This document shows positions 32,186 to 43,373 of a stretch of 64,000 bases of DNA, piece after piece; position 1 is the stretch's first letter; every line of letters begins with the position of its first letter. The notes under the pieces were generated by a model. It was not told the origin of the DNA. It ran no database searches and saw nothing but the letters and a program-made list of their open reading frames with translations. The translations under genes and the position numbers were made by a program. Source of the stretch: an uncultured Planctomycetota bacterium (GTDB taxonomy: Bacteria; Planctomycetota; Planctomycetia; Isosphaerales; Isosphaeraceae); NCBI GenBank assembly GCA_963845755.1, contig CAWJTV010000029.1, positions 396,273 through 460,272 on the forward strand, given 5' to 3'.

Positions 32186-33750
32186 TCAACCGCGTCGCAA
32201 GGCTCGTCCGGGCGTGGCCCCGGTGGGCTCGCCGTCCACCAGAACGGGCGTCCCATTGACGAGGACGTGATCCACCCCGTCGGCGAGCGTCCGGCCGGCG
32301 GCGTAGGTCGAGCGGTCAATCACGGTGCCGGGGTCGAACACGGCGATGTCGGCGACAAAGCCAGGCCGGATGATCCCACGATCGGTCAGTCGGAACCGGC
32401 GCGCGGCGTGTGCGGCCAGATGGGTCACGGCCTCGGGCCAGGAATAATCGCCAAGCTGCCGGGTGTGATAGCCCAGGTAGCGCGGCGAAGGCTCCCCAAC
32501 CGCGCGGGTGGGGGAAGCCGCCGCGGAAGATGCCGTCGGAGCCCGCCATGTGCGCCGGGTGACGCAGGATCGCGCGGACGTCGGCCTCGGTCCGATCGCC
32601 CGGGCGAAACCCCACGATGCCCACGGCCATCCCCGAGACGGAGAGGATCTCGCAGACGAAGTCGCCCGGATGCATCTTTGCCGTCTCGGCCGCCGCGATG
32701 ACGGTCTGCCCCTCCGCCCATCGCCAGTCGGGATTCGCGACCATCGCGATCGTGATCTTGTCCAGGGGATAAGGCGTCGGGCCCGAGAACCACTCGGACC
32801 GCAGCCGGGCGCGGACCGCCGGGTCGCTCAATCGTTCGACGGTCGCCTCGATCCCGCCTTCCTGGACCCAGCCCGGCAGCGCCACCATTCCGAGGATCGT
32901 GCTCCCCGCCAGATAGGGATAAGTGTCGTACGTGAGGTCGAGTCCGAGTGTTCGACCCTCATCGATCAGCGGAAGTAAGAGGTCGGCCGGGCCGTTGTAG
33001 TGCGAGACATGGGCCGGCACGCCCGAGGATCTGGCGATCTCGTAGACCTCGCGCATGCCGACGACTGCGTTCGGACCGTAGCCCCGCATGTGGGTGACGT
33101 ACACGCCGTTCTCGGCGACGATCGGCTCGCAGAGCGCGGCGATCTCCCGGGCGTCGGCGTAGAGGCTCGGAATGTAATCCAGTCCCGTAGATAGCCCGAC
33201 CGCCCCGGCGTCCATCCCCTCGCGGACGAGCTTCTGCATCGCCTTAACTTCATCCTCGGTCGCCGGGCGAGGATCGAGCCCCATCACCTCCATGCGGACG
33301 TTGCCGTTCGGGATGAGATAAGCGACGTTGATCGCGGTCGACCGGTCGAAGCGGGCCAGGTACTCGTTGACCGTCCGCCAGTTATAGTCCAGGCCGGTGG
33401 GATTGCCGTTGAAGCCGGCCGTATAACGCCGCATGTAGTCGAGCGTACCCGGCGAGGCCGGGGCGAACGAGCTGCCGTCCTGGCCGATCAGATAGGTGGT
33501 GACTCCCTGGCGCAGGGCGGGAAGGTGAATCGGGTCCGCCAGGAGCATGAGGTCGCCGTGGACATGCGCGTCGATGAAACCGGGGACGACGTCAGCGCCC
33601 GGTTGCGTCCAGGACGCGCGCGGATTCGGCCTCATCGAGCCGGCCCACATCGGCGATCATCGATTCCAGAATGGCAACGTCGGCCCGATATGGCGGCCCG
33701 CCGGAGCCGTCGATGACCCAGCCCCCCTTGATGATCAAATCGAAGATCAT
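32186..33750 (-). CDS. N-acyl-D-amino-acid deacylase (amidohydrolase; 2 frameshifts)
   Basis: FDLIIKGGWVIDGSG, PGFIDAHVH, GLSTGLDY, THMRG, HPRGWGAF, ADIAVFDP. Confidence 0.92.
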
Positions 33751-33937
33751 GGCGTGTTCTGAGGCTCCTGTTGTTTCAAGGTTGGAGTTCCTGGCATGGC
33801 GGGCAGATTTTCGAGAGAGATCATAACCACGGAAAGCACCGAAAGTCACGGAAGAGGAAAAACGAGACTCCTTGCTCAAGACCATCATCAGTTCGACGTT
33901 AACCCTGCCAAAGCAGGGGCGTCGTCGCGGTTTACCC

Positions 33938-34056
33938 CTCGTTCCCACGCTCGGCGTGGGAATGCCGTCCGGGACGCTCCGCGTCCTCAGGCGGGGCCGC
34001 AGGCCGCGACGCCGAGCGTCGAAGACGGCATTCCCACGCGGGAGCGTGGGAACGAG
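33938..34056. repeat. REP-like palindrome doublet (CTCGTTCCCACGCT..GCGTGGGAATG type)
   Basis: ctcgttcccacgctcggcgtgggaatgccgtc ... gacggcattcccacgcgggagcgtgggaacgag. Confidence 0.85.
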
Positions 34057-34090
34057 TTTGGGTCGGCTTTGCGGCTCGGGCTCGCTGGGC

Positions 34091-34822
34091 TCAACGCACC
34101 CGCTTGAGGCGCGGGGACGGTGTTCGTTCCTCGACGTCGACCACGGTCGTGGTCTCAGGCGTATCGGCGCCCTTCCAGAGATACCAACTGGCGATGCTGC
34201 GCCACGGCCGCCAGTGCTCGGCCAGCGCGAAGCAGTCCTTGGGCTTGGGAACCTCGGCCAATCCGTGGCGTCTCTTGATCCCGACGCGCACGCCCATATC
34301 ACCGACGGGCAGCACATCGGGCCGATTGAGCGCGAAGATCAGGAACATCTCGGCGGTCCAGACGCCGATCCCCTTGATGGTGGTGAGCGTCTGGATGATC
34401 CGCGCGTCCTCCCACGAATCATCGATCGCATCGAGCGGAACCGAACTGGAGTGGACTGCCTCCGCCAGGTTGAGTACATACCGCGCCTTGGCCGCCGATA
34501 AGCCGACGGAGCGCAGGTTCGATTCCCCCAGCGCCATCAACCGCTGAGGATGGTGCGGCTCGCCGCCGATGGCGATCAGCCGTTGGCGGATCGACGCGGC
34601 GGCCTTCGTCGAGATCTGCTGACTGATGATCGAATTGACGAGCGTCCCGAACCGATCCGCTCGCGGCTCCAGTCGGCAGGGACCGATCCGGTCGATGATC
34701 GCGCGCAGGTGGGGGTCCGCCTTGCGGAGATGCCGCACGGCCGCGGCCCAGCGGTTGTGAGATTGCCGCGGAGCTTTCGAAATGCGGTTTTTTTGTGTCG
34801 AACGGGGACCGTATGTGTCCAT
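34091..34822 (-). CDS. alkA: DNA-3-methyladenine glycosylase II
   Basis: SIISQQISTKAA, LTTIKGIGVWTAEMFLIF, LPVGDMGV, WRPWRSIA. Confidence 0.9.
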   Translation of the reverse strand: MDTYGPRSTQKNRISKAPRQSHNRWAAAVRHLRKADPHLRAIIDRIGPCRLEPRADRFGTLVNSIISQQISTKAAASIRQRLIAIGGEPHHPQRLMALGESNLRSVGLSAAKARYVLNLAEAVHSSSVPLDAIDDSWEDARIIQTLTTIKGIGVWTAEMFLIFALNRPDVLPVGDMGVRVGIKRRHGLAEVPKPKDCFALAEHWRPWRSIASWYLWKGADTPETTTVVDVEERTPSPRLKRVR

Positions 34823-34841
34823 GGTCCAGAATCTCCCTGAA

Positions 34842-35069
34842 TCACCCACGTTTCCTGGATGAGGCTAACTGTGAGGCGCGCATCTGTCGGGCCCGCGATT
34901 GCTTCAAGGCCTTGGCGGCATCGCGTGCGTTCGCGAATGCCTCTTCGAGGGTGTCCGCTTCCGTGATCAACTCTGGGTTGAGGGGCGACGTCACGATCTA
35001 GCCGCCTTCCTCCGCCTCGTCGAGGTTCAGCACCAATTGGCCATCGCTGACCGTGTAACGCCTGCTCAT
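34842..35069 (-). pseudogene. HicB-like antitoxin with an in-frame TAG at codon 24
   Basis: Manual translation MSRRYTVSDGQLVLNLDEAEEGG*IVTSPLNPELITEADTLEEAFANARDA...; the stop (34998-35000) replaces the usual Tyr of EEGGY; AGGAG RBS. Confidence 0.7.
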
Positions 35070-35071
35070 GG

Positions 35072-35752
35072 CTAGCTCCTAATTGGAGAGCCGTTACTGT
35101 TTTTTCGGTTGTGCCTCGGGCGCCGAACCTCACTTCCATAGCGCAACGCCGCGACCTCCCGCCGGAGCTCCAGGATCTCCGCACGCAGGAGCGAGAGGTT
35201 GTCCAGGATGAGTGCCGAAGGGCCGCCACGTTCCTCGTCTCCATCGCAGGAAATGACGACGAGTCCGTCGAGTGTCACCCGGTAGGTCATCCCGATTTGC
35301 TTGAGCATCAGCCGCAGAGACGTGGCCAGTGGCACGCCTTCCTGGTCCCACGCGACCGGCGATTTCTTCGTACGCTCGCATTCCTGCAATGCGACGGGAT
35401 CGACGTAAATCGGGACGACTGGTTCGCCCTTCTCTTTCCCCCGGAGCGCCGCGCGAACGGATTTCAGCACGTCCTCCAGCGCGGTCTCCTTCGGAAAGGT
35501 GACCGAGGGGGTCTGGAGGAGCTTCAACCATGTGCGGGCTTCCTGGACAGTCCTGACTGGGGTCTCCAGGTGGACCACAGGCAGGTGCTCCAGCTCCTCA
35601 CCCGGCCGGGGGAAGGTGAAGATGCCGGACTTGATCTGGGCTGCGAGCTTGAACCCTCCGGACTCAGCTCGATCGGCAGTAGATGCCCACACGAGGGTTA
35701 CGAGTAAGGCAAGGGTGATGCCGGCCAGTCGGGGACGCGGCAGGTGGCACAT
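35072..35752 (-). CDS. Secreted hypothetical protein with STN-like domain
   Basis: Signal-peptide-like start; FPKETALEDVLK...IYVDPVALQE...VPLATSLRLMLKQIGMTY. Confidence 0.65.
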   Translation of the reverse strand: MCHLPRPRLAGITLALLVTLVWASTADRAESGGFKLAAQIKSGIFTFPRPGEELEHLPVVHLETPVRTVQEARTWLKLLQTPSVTFPKETALEDVLKSVRAALRGKEKGEPVVPIYVDPVALQECERTKKSPVAWDQEGVPLATSLRLMLKQIGMTYRVTLDGLVVISCDGDEERGGPSALILDNLSLLRAEILELRREVAALRYGSEVRRPRHNRKNSNGSPIRS

Positions 35753-35985
35753 TGAAAGTTCCTCCGGATATGCGAATGCCAGGTAGCGGATTGCGTCGTC
35801 TTCCACTCTGATCATGACCACGTCATGATGGTTGATCAGCGCGTAAACAGGGGTTTCTGATCGGGTCTTTACGCTCCCGGTCTGAGGTGAGTCCTCAAAC
35901 GACGGATCGAAGATCGCTGCTTCCAACCCGATACCCTCGGGCGTCCGGAGATCGATGTCGCCTTGGATCGGCGGACTCTCACGCC

Positions 35986-36864
35986 TCAGGGAATGATCTT
36001 GTTCAACGGATACTCGACGATCCCGCAGGCCCCAGCCTCCTTGAGGCGTGGGATCAACTCCCGGACCCTCGCCTCGTCGAGGATCGTGTTAACGGCGACC
36101 CACTCGCCATCGGCGAGCGTGGAGATCGTCGGGGTCTGGAGCGCGGGGAGCAGCCCGAGGACCGCTTTCAGGTGGTCCTGCCGGACGTTCATCATCAGGC
36201 CGACCTGACCCTCGGCGTTGATGGCACCTCGGAGCATGAGGAAGATGTCGTCCATCTTCCGCTTCAGCCAGGGGTCGGCGTTGGCCTGGCGATTGGTGAT
36301 GAACCGCGTGGTGCTCTGGAGCAGGTCGCAGACGATCCGCAGGTTGTTCGCCCGCAGCGAGTTGCCGGTCTCGGTCACCTCGACGATGGCGTCGGCCAGG
36401 AGCGGCGGCTTGACCTCGGTCGCGCCCCAACTGAACTCGACGTGCGCCGCGACCCCGTGCTCGGCCAGCCAGCGGTTCGTAAGGTTGACGACCTCGGTGG
36501 CGATCCGCTTCCCCTCCAGATCCTTGACCGACTGGATCGGGGAGTCGGCCGGTACGGCCAGCACCCAGCGGACCGGCCGTCGGCTGGCCTTGCTGAGGAC
36601 CAGCTCGCCCAGCTCGATCACGTCGGCCCCGCTCTCGACGATCCAGTCATACCCGGTCAGGCCGCAGTCGAGCACGCCGTCGTCGACGTAGCGCGCGATT
36701 TCCTGGGCGCGGAGCAGGGTGCACGAGATCTCTGGATCGTCGATCTGCGGGTAGTAGCTCCGCGACGTCTGGCTGATGGAATAGCCGGCTTTCCGGAAAA
36801 GTTCCATCGTGGCCTGCTGGAGACTGCCGGAGGGGAGTCCGAGCCTGAGTCGTTTCTCGGTCAT
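35986..36864 (-). CDS. hisG: ATP phosphoribosyltransferase (long form)
   Basis: [47 protein letters not shown]. Confidence 0.96.
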   Translation of the reverse strand: MTEKRLRLGLPSGSLQQATMELFRKAGYSISQTSRSYYPQIDDPEISCTLLRAQEIARYVDDGVLDCGLTGYDWIVESGADVIELGELVLSKASRRPVRWVLAVPADSPIQSVKDLEGKRIATEVVNLTNRWLAEHGVAAHVEFSWGATEVKPPLLADAIVEVTETGNSLRANNLRIVCDLLQSTTRFITNRQANADPWLKRKMDDIFLMLRGAINAEGQVGLMMNVRQDHLKAVLGLLPALQTPTISTLADGEWVAVNTILDEARVRELIPRLKEAGACGIVEYPLNKIIP

Positions 36865-36865
36865 C

Positions 36866-37270
36866 TCAAGACTTCCCATAAACCTCATTTGGATCGAATA
36901 CGCGCTGGCCGACGATGCGCACGTCTTCCCCGTCGAGCTCGCGGAAGAAACAACTCTTGTAGCCCTCGTGGCAGGCCGCCCCGCCGCGCTGGTAGACCTT
37001 CAGGAGCACCGTGTCGGCGTCGCAGTCGACATAGATCGCTTCGACGTCCTGAACGTGGCCGCTCTCCTCGCCCTTGCGCCACAAGCGGTTTCGGCTGCGG
37101 CTGTAGTAGCACGCCCGCCGCGTCCGGAGGGTCTCCTCGAACGCTTCCTCATTCATCCAGGCGAGCATCAAGACTTCGCCGGTCTCCACGTCCTGGGCGA
37201 TCGCGGGGACCATCCCGTTGAGCTTCTCGAAGTTCGGCTGCAATTCCAGGGGCTCCTGCACGTAGGTCAA
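36866..37270 (-). CDS. hisI: Phosphoribosyl-AMP cyclohydrolase
   Basis: [37 protein letters not shown]. Confidence 0.96.
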   Translation of the reverse strand: MTYVQEPLELQPNFEKLNGMVPAIAQDVETGEVLMLAWMNEEAFEETLRTRRACYYSRSRNRLWRKGEESGHVQDVEAIYVDCDADTVLLKVYQRGGAACHEGYKSCFFRELDGEDVRIVGQRVFDPNEVYGKS

Positions 37271-37593
37271 GCTTTCCAGCGCTGACAGGACCGGACGTCA
37301 GGCGGGAAAGCCTGTCCTGCGATCTTGACAGTGTCGTTTCACCATGATGGTACTCGGTGCCCTCGACAATGACCAGATTGCTCGATCGATCGGCCCGGCC
37401 CGAAGGAATACCGCTCGGCTCCACGACGGAATTCGGGGAAAAAACTCTTGCAATCGCCTCGTGCCAAGCCCTTATGATGGCTTGTGACGGGTGTCCAAGG
37501 CTCCGCGGGCCGACGACGACCATCGCGAATCGGCCAGAGCCAGTCGTACCACCTCGCCTCGTCGCGTCACCTTCTCTACTGGGCCACATCGCC

Positions 37594-38655
37594 ATGAGCA
37601 TCCTGGAACACAAGCACGGTCAGGAGCGCGGGTCCGGGGCGATCCCCGCCGAAACGCTGGAATTCATCCGGAAGGTGCGCGAGCGCGTGGGGACGGTGGT
37701 GGTCGGCCAGGACGTCGTGGTCGAGCGGCTGCTGGTCGCGCTGTTCACCGGGGGCCACCTCTTGCTCCAGGGCGTGCCCGGCCTGGCCAAGACCCTCCTG
37801 GTCGCGGCGCTCTCGAAGACGATCGACCTCCAGTTCGCCCGCATCCAGTTCACCGTCGACCTGCTCCCCTCGGACATCATCGGCTCGGAGATCCTCGACC
37901 AGCGGACCAACGACTTCCGCGTCCACAAGGGGCCGATCTTCACGAACCTGCTGCTGGCCGACGAGATCAACCGCGCCGCACCCAAGGTCCAGAGCGCCTT
38001 GCTGGAGGCCATGCAGGAGCGTCGCGTGACCATCGGCAACGAGACCTTCAAGCTCCCCGCGCCGTTCCTGGTGATCGCCACGCAGAACCCGATCGAGCAG
38101 AGCGGCACGTTCGAATTGCCCGAGGCCCAGCTCGATCGGTTCATGCTCTGCCACCGCCTGGATTACCCCGACCGGACCGAGGAGAAGGAGATCCTGATCC
38201 GCAACGCCGCGCTGGGCGTCCGCCGCGAGGATCGCGGGGCCGTCGCCAAGACCGAGTTCGACGTCCTGGAAGGCAGGCCGGTCGCCACGACCGAGGACCT
38301 CGTCCGCGCCATGGAGGCCGTGCACGAAGTCTATGTCAGCGACACGTTCATGGATCACGTCATCGAGATCGTCACCCGGACGCGAAACCATCCCAGGATC
38401 GAGTTGGGATCCAGCCCGCGCGCGGGCATCGCGCTGATCAAAGGCTCGCGGGCCAGGGCCCTGATCCACGGCCGAACCTACGTCATCCCCGAGGACCTCT
38501 TCGCCCTGGCCGATGACGTGATCCTCCACCGCATCCGGCTGACCTACGAGGCGCTCGCCGATGGACTGACCGGCGCCGAGATTCTCAAGGAGATCATCGG
38601 TCCATTCGGCCCGACCGCGAGAACCAGGGTATTGAGCAACGGTCGAGCCCGATGA
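37594..38655 (+). CDS. moxR: MoxR-family AAA+ ATPase
   Basis: GVPGLAKT, RIQFTVDLLPSD, LADEINRA, ATQNPIE, LPEAQLDRF. Confidence 0.95.
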   Translation: MSILEHKHGQERGSGAIPAETLEFIRKVRERVGTVVVGQDVVVERLLVALFTGGHLLLQGVPGLAKTLLVAALSKTIDLQFARIQFTVDLLPSDIIGSEILDQRTNDFRVHKGPIFTNLLLADEINRAAPKVQSALLEAMQERRVTIGNETFKLPAPFLVIATQNPIEQSGTFELPEAQLDRFMLCHRLDYPDRTEEKEILIRNAALGVRREDRGAVAKTEFDVLEGRPVATTEDLVRAMEAVHEVYVSDTFMDHVIEIVTRTRNHPRIELGSSPRAGIALIKGSRARALIHGRTYVIPEDLFALADDVILHRIRLTYEALADGLTGAEILKEIIGPFGPTARTRVLSNGRAR

Positions 38656-38715
38656 TCGGGACCGCTTCCTTCGAGGCCAGGTCGAACAACACCGACATCC
38701 CGACGAGGATCCGCT

Positions 38716-39575
38716 GTGGAAGGCCGAATTCAAACTCACGACGTCCTCGACTCGCGGCAGTTCTACCTGGCCGTGAAGAAGCTGGCCGACAGCTTGAGCT
38801 ACGGGACCGACCATTCGCCATTCCTGGGCTCGGGGGTCGAATACGTCCAGTCGCGGCCCTATCAATACGGCGATCCGATCAAGTTGATCGACTGGCGGGT
38901 CACGGCGCGAACCCGCAGGGTGCACGTCAAGGAATACGAGGCACCGAAGCGCATGCCCGTCTACCTGCTGGTGGATACCTCGGCATCGATGACGATCAGC
39001 TCGCACCATCCGAGCAAGTACGAGACGGCGGTGTTCCTGGCCGGCGGGCTGGCACTGGCCTGCCTGGACCGGATCAGCCCGGTCGGGATGCTGGGCGTGG
39101 GCGGCCAGAACCTGCACGTGCGGCCCAGCTTGTCGAAGGACCAGATCCTCCAGTGGCTGTACCGACTGAGGACGTACCGTTACGACGAGCCCACATCACT
39201 AGGCGACCGGCTCTTCGAGCTGATGCCCAGCCTGTCGCAACGCGTGCTGGCGATCGTCCTGTCGGACCTGCACGATCCCCGGGCGGTCCCGGCGCTGAAA
39301 CGGCTGGCCCAGCAGCATGACTGCGCCGTGCTCCAGTTGCGCGATCCGGCCGAGGATCGGCTCCGCGGCGTCGGGTTCGTCCGGCGCGCGAGGCGGAGAC
39401 CGGCCGGCCGTTCGTCCTCCGCAGCCGGCTTCGGGGCTTCGAGCCGGGACGTCTCGAGGACGAGCTGAAACGGGCCGGCGTCGACTACCTGCTGATCCCC
39501 ACCGATCGGCCGTACGTGTCGCGAGTCCGCCAGTTCTTCAAGCTCCGCAACCTGCTGGGACGAGGAGCCCGCTAG
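38716..39575 (+). CDS. DUF58 family protein (frameshift near 39385)
   Basis: [35 protein letters not shown]. Confidence 0.9.
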
Positions 39576-39577
39576 CC

Positions 39578-40459
39578 ATGCGACGATCGACGCATGATCT
39601 CCCGGGTCGAGTCTCGCTCGTGCTGGCCCTGCTCGCCGGCCAGACGGCGCGGGGACAAGACGCGCCGCCGCGCGCGACGTCCACCGTCGGCATGCCGGCG
39701 CGGATCGACCAGCTCGTCCTGCCCGGTCCGGAGCTCGAGGCCCGGCCGATCGAGGACCGCCGCACACCGGTCGTCGTCCGGATCGTGGCCGCCTATCCTC
39801 ACGGGTCGGCGTTCCGCTATGACCTCGTTTACTACGGCCTGGAGCCGGGCCGGTACGACTTGAAGGATTACCTGCGCCGCAAGGACGGATCGCCGACGAA
39901 GGACCTGCCCGCGATCCCGGTCGCGGTCGAGCCGGTGCTGCCTCCCGGTCAGATCGAGCCGCACCCGGTGACTCTGGAGCGCTCGCCGTTCCTGGGGGGT
40001 TATCGGCTGGTCGTCCTGCTCGCGGGAATCGCCTGGTCCGTCGGCCTGCTTGCGATCCTGCTCCTGGGCCGGCGCAGGCGTTCCGGAGCCCCGGCCTTCG
40101 CGAGCCGACCCGTAACGCTGGCCGATCGCCTCCGGCCTCTGGTCAACGCGGCAATGGCCGGCAACCTCAGCGGTGGCCAGCATGCCGAGCTCGAACGGCT
40201 CCTGATCGGCTACTGGCGCAGGCGGCTCAAGCTGGAACAGGTCGCGCCGGCCCGATTCATGGCGGTTCTCCGCGATCATAACGAGGCCGGCCCCCTGCTC
40301 CGCCAGCTCGAAGACTGGCTGCACCGGCCTGCCGGGACCGCCGGACCCGTCGACGTCGCCGCCCTGCTCCGGCCCTATCAATCCATTCCCGCCGATGCGG
40401 ACAAGGAGGAAGAACTCGTGACGCCGGCCATTTCCCCCATGTCGGAGCGGCACTCATGA
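39578..40459 (+). CDS. Membrane protein of the Bat-type operon
   Basis: Signal-like start, one internal TM, 4-bp overlap with the next gene. Confidence 0.7.
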   Translation: MRRSTHDLPGRVSLVLALLAGQTARGQDAPPRATSTVGMPARIDQLVLPGPELEARPIEDRRTPVVVRIVAAYPHGSAFRYDLVYYGLEPGRYDLKDYLRRKDGSPTKDLPAIPVAVEPVLPPGQIEPHPVTLERSPFLGGYRLVVLLAGIAWSVGLLAILLLGRRRRSGAPAFASRPVTLADRLRPLVNAAMAGNLSGGQHAELERLLIGYWRRRLKLEQVAPARFMAVLRDHNEAGPLLRQLEDWLHRPAGTAGPVDVAALLRPYQSIPADADKEEELVTPAISPMSERHS

Positions 40460-41369
40460 GCTTCGCCTATCCGGCCGTGCTGGTCTTGCTGATCGTCCCC
40501 GTGGCGCTGATCGCCTGGATCTGGCGACGGACCAGCGGGCGCGTCGCCCTGCCGATGGACCACGGCGGCCAATCCTCGGGCCGGGCGTGGGCGATTGGCC
40601 TGGCCCTGGCCGAATCGGTCCCCGCCCTGATCCTGGCGGCCGTGATCGTGATCCTGGCCGGCCCGCAGCAATTGACGCCCCCCGGACCAAGCGGGTGCTC
40701 ACCAACATCGAGCTTTGCGTCGACATCTCCAGCAGCATGATCAGCCCGCTCGGGGAGGGTACGCGCTACGACGCCTCGATGAAGGCGATCGATCACTTCC
40801 TCGAGATCCGCAAGGGCGATGCCTTCGGCCTGACCTTCTTCGCCAACAATGTGCTGCACTGGGTCCCGTTGACCGGCGACCCTTCGGCGATTCGCTGCGC
40901 ACCGCCGTTCATGAAGCCGGAGAACGCCCCCTACTGGATGACGGGCACGATGATCGGCAAGACACTCATGGCCTGCAAGGAGATCCTGGCATCCCGCGAG
41001 GAGGGGGACCGCATGATCATCCTGGTCTCCGACGGCGAGAGCGCCGACTTGTTCGGAGGCAAGGACGCGGAGATCGCGCAAGCCCTCAAGAAGGACAACA
41101 TCGCCGTCTACGCGATTCATATTTCGGATCGGAACGTTCCGGAGGAGATCGCGAATATCACGGCGATGACCGGCGGCGAGGTCTTTCCGGTGGACGATCC
41201 CGAGGCGCTCAAGGCGGTCTTCCAGCGGATCGACGCCATGCGGGAGACGAAGCTGGAGAAGACCGCCTCGGAGCTGCTGGACGACTTCGGGCCGGCCTGT
41301 ATCGCGGGCCTGTCGCTCTTGACGCTTTCCGGATGTGCCCTGTTCGGCCTGAGGTACACGCCATGGTGA
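40456..41369 (+). CDS. VWA-domain protein, BatA-like (frameshift near 40685)
   Basis: MSFAYPAVLVLL start; DISSSM MIDAS motif; T...SDGE. Confidence 0.88.
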
Positions 41370-42395
41370 TGCATGCCGAACTGGCCGCCGTGGCCGTGGC
41401 GATCCTGGCGGCCGCGGCCGAGGTCCTGCACGCTGCGCGTTGTCGTCGGCTGGCCCGACTGGCCTTCGGGCCGGCGCTGGGGCCGGCACCCTGGGCGCGG
41501 ACCGCGCCGATGCTGCGCATCGCGTCCTTCGCCGCGCTCGCCTGGGGGCTGATCACCCTGGTCGAGCTGCCCCCAAAGGTCCACGCGGCCCAGGCCGTGC
41601 CCGACAACCAGCGCCGGCATGTCCTCATCGTGCTCGACGTCTCGCCGAGTATGCGCCTCAAGGACGCCGGCCCCAACGCCGATCAGACTCGGATGAAGCG
41701 GGTCAGCGTGGTGATGGATTCGTTCCTCCAGCGGGTCCCGGTCGAGCTCTACAAGCTGAGCGTCGTCGCCTGCTATAACGGCGCCAAGCCGGTGGTCGTC
41801 GAACACCAAGGACCTCGAAGTCGTGCGTAACATCTTCGGCGACCTGCCCATGCACTACGCCTTCGCGGCCGGCAAGACCGACCTGTTCTCCGGACTGACA
41901 GAGGCGGCCAAGATCGCCCATCCCTGGCAGCCCAGGAGTACGCTTCTGCTAATGCTCTCCGACGGCGACACCGTTCCCTCGACCGGGATGCCCAAGATGC
42001 CGGCCTCGATCGCGGACGTCCTGATCGTGGGCGTCGGCGACCCGCGCCAGGGCTCGTTCATCGACGGCCGGATGTCACGCCAGGACGCCTCGACCTTGCG
42101 GCAGATCGCCGTCCGCCTCGGCGGCATCTATCACGACGGCAACACCAAGCACATCCCCACCGCGACTCTCAATCAGTTGACCGTCATCCCCCGCAAGAGT
42201 GCGTTCGAGAAGCTCACCCGGCGCGAGTACGCACTGATCGCCTGCGGGCTCGGGGCCGCGATCCTGGCGTTCTTGCCGGTGCTCCTGCATCGCTTCGGAA
42301 CCAGATGGCGGCCCGGTGTGCGCGTCGCTGCAACGACCGGACGATTGGGACATGGTGCCACTCTCGGCTCACCGGCCATTGCCCTGAGGGAATAG
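41363..42395 (+). CDS. VWA-domain protein, BatB-like (frameshift near 41800)
   Basis: DVSPSM MIDAS motif, KTDL, LSDGD, VGVG. Confidence 0.85.
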
Positions 42396-43181
42396 ATCGG
42401 GATGGGCCTTGCGATAAGTTAACCAGCGTTCCGTCGCCCATTTCTGTTCCTTGGGCGAGAGGCGAGGCTTGCAAGCTCGATCATAGAGCTCACGCAGCAC
42501 ATAATCGCCGTCCTCATAGACTTGTTCCAGGGCGGTTTGGATCGCCAGGGGTGCATCGGGGTCGGGCTCGGCCAGGGGAAGTCCGATCGTCGGCAGCGGA
42601 TCACGGAGTCGGCAAGGGTAAAGCTCGAAACGGCTGCGCGTGGGCCAGCGGTTCACGCAGACCAAGTAGTCGAAGGGTTTCGCCGGTACGATGTGCAATT
42701 CGGGTACACTCATGACATGCCGACCGTGCCGCAGCAGGTCGATTTCCACGATATGGCATTCGCCGTCTCGATACTCCAGCCGCTTGGCCAGATACGAGTC
42801 GCGACCCGATCCCGTCGCCTTATTACTGGGACTCACCAGCTCAATGACGGTCACGACCTTGAAATCCTGATCACGGTCCAAGATCGTGATATAGGGCTGG
42901 TGGATTTCTAAGTCCTTCACTTCCACAACCACCGGAGTAGCCGCGCCGGCCGCGGGCTTCGGACCTCGCGTCCCGGATCGCAGTTTATGGACCAAGACGT
43001 CGGGGACGCGTTGCTGCTCGGGGCCTTCGATGAAAATACGTTCTTCCACCGAGGCCAGATAACGAGGCCGAATACTCGGGCGGAGTTGATTGGCCAGTTC
43101 CACGACCAAGCGGTGGTGGATGCCGGGCCACAGCGCCGGATGCTCCAGGTACGGATCCATTCCCGGAAACGGCATTTTCAT
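42369..43181 (-). CDS. DUF4058 family protein
   Basis: MPFPGMDPYLE...PDV...VIELVSPSNK...VEIDLLRHG. Confidence 0.88.
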   Translation of the reverse strand: MKMPFPGMDPYLEHPALWPGIHHRLVVELANQLRPSIRPRYLASVEERIFIEGPEQQRVPDVLVHKLRSGTRGPKPAAGAATPVVVEVKDLEIHQPYITILDRDQDFKVVTVIELVSPSNKATGSGRDSYLAKRLEYRDGECHIVEIDLLRHGRHVMSVPELHIVPAKPFDYLVCVNRWPTRSRFELYPCRLRDPLPTIGLPLAEPDPDAPLAIQTALEQVYEDGDYVLRELYDRACKPRLSPKEQKWATERWLTYRKAHPDLFPQGNGR

Positions 43182-43373
43182 CTCGAGACTCCCTGCGTGG
43201 TGGGTCGAGGACTTGCTCGCTCGGATTCCCAACGGCTCACCCAAATCCTCCGTCCGTCCGAAGGATTTGGTTTCCCTCCCGGCGGTCGATCCGATAAACT
43301 ACAAGAGTCGTTGTCGCTATTGTACAGGGGAACGCGGATCTCGTTAACGCTCGAACCCGGGGAAGGTGGACTG

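Noticed and set aside
10405..34822. A dedicated DNA-repair island (Y polymerase, SRAP-like, EndoIII-like, RNase HII-like, EEP, AlkA)
   Set aside because: The genes are spread over 24 kb among unrelated housekeeping genes; only the polymerase and SRAP-like gene are adjacent.
35760..35930. ParE/RelE-like toxin remnant (YALINHHDVVMIRVEDDAIRYLAFAY)
   Set aside because: The resemblance is short and weak, with no coherent start or partner; not supportable without a profile search.
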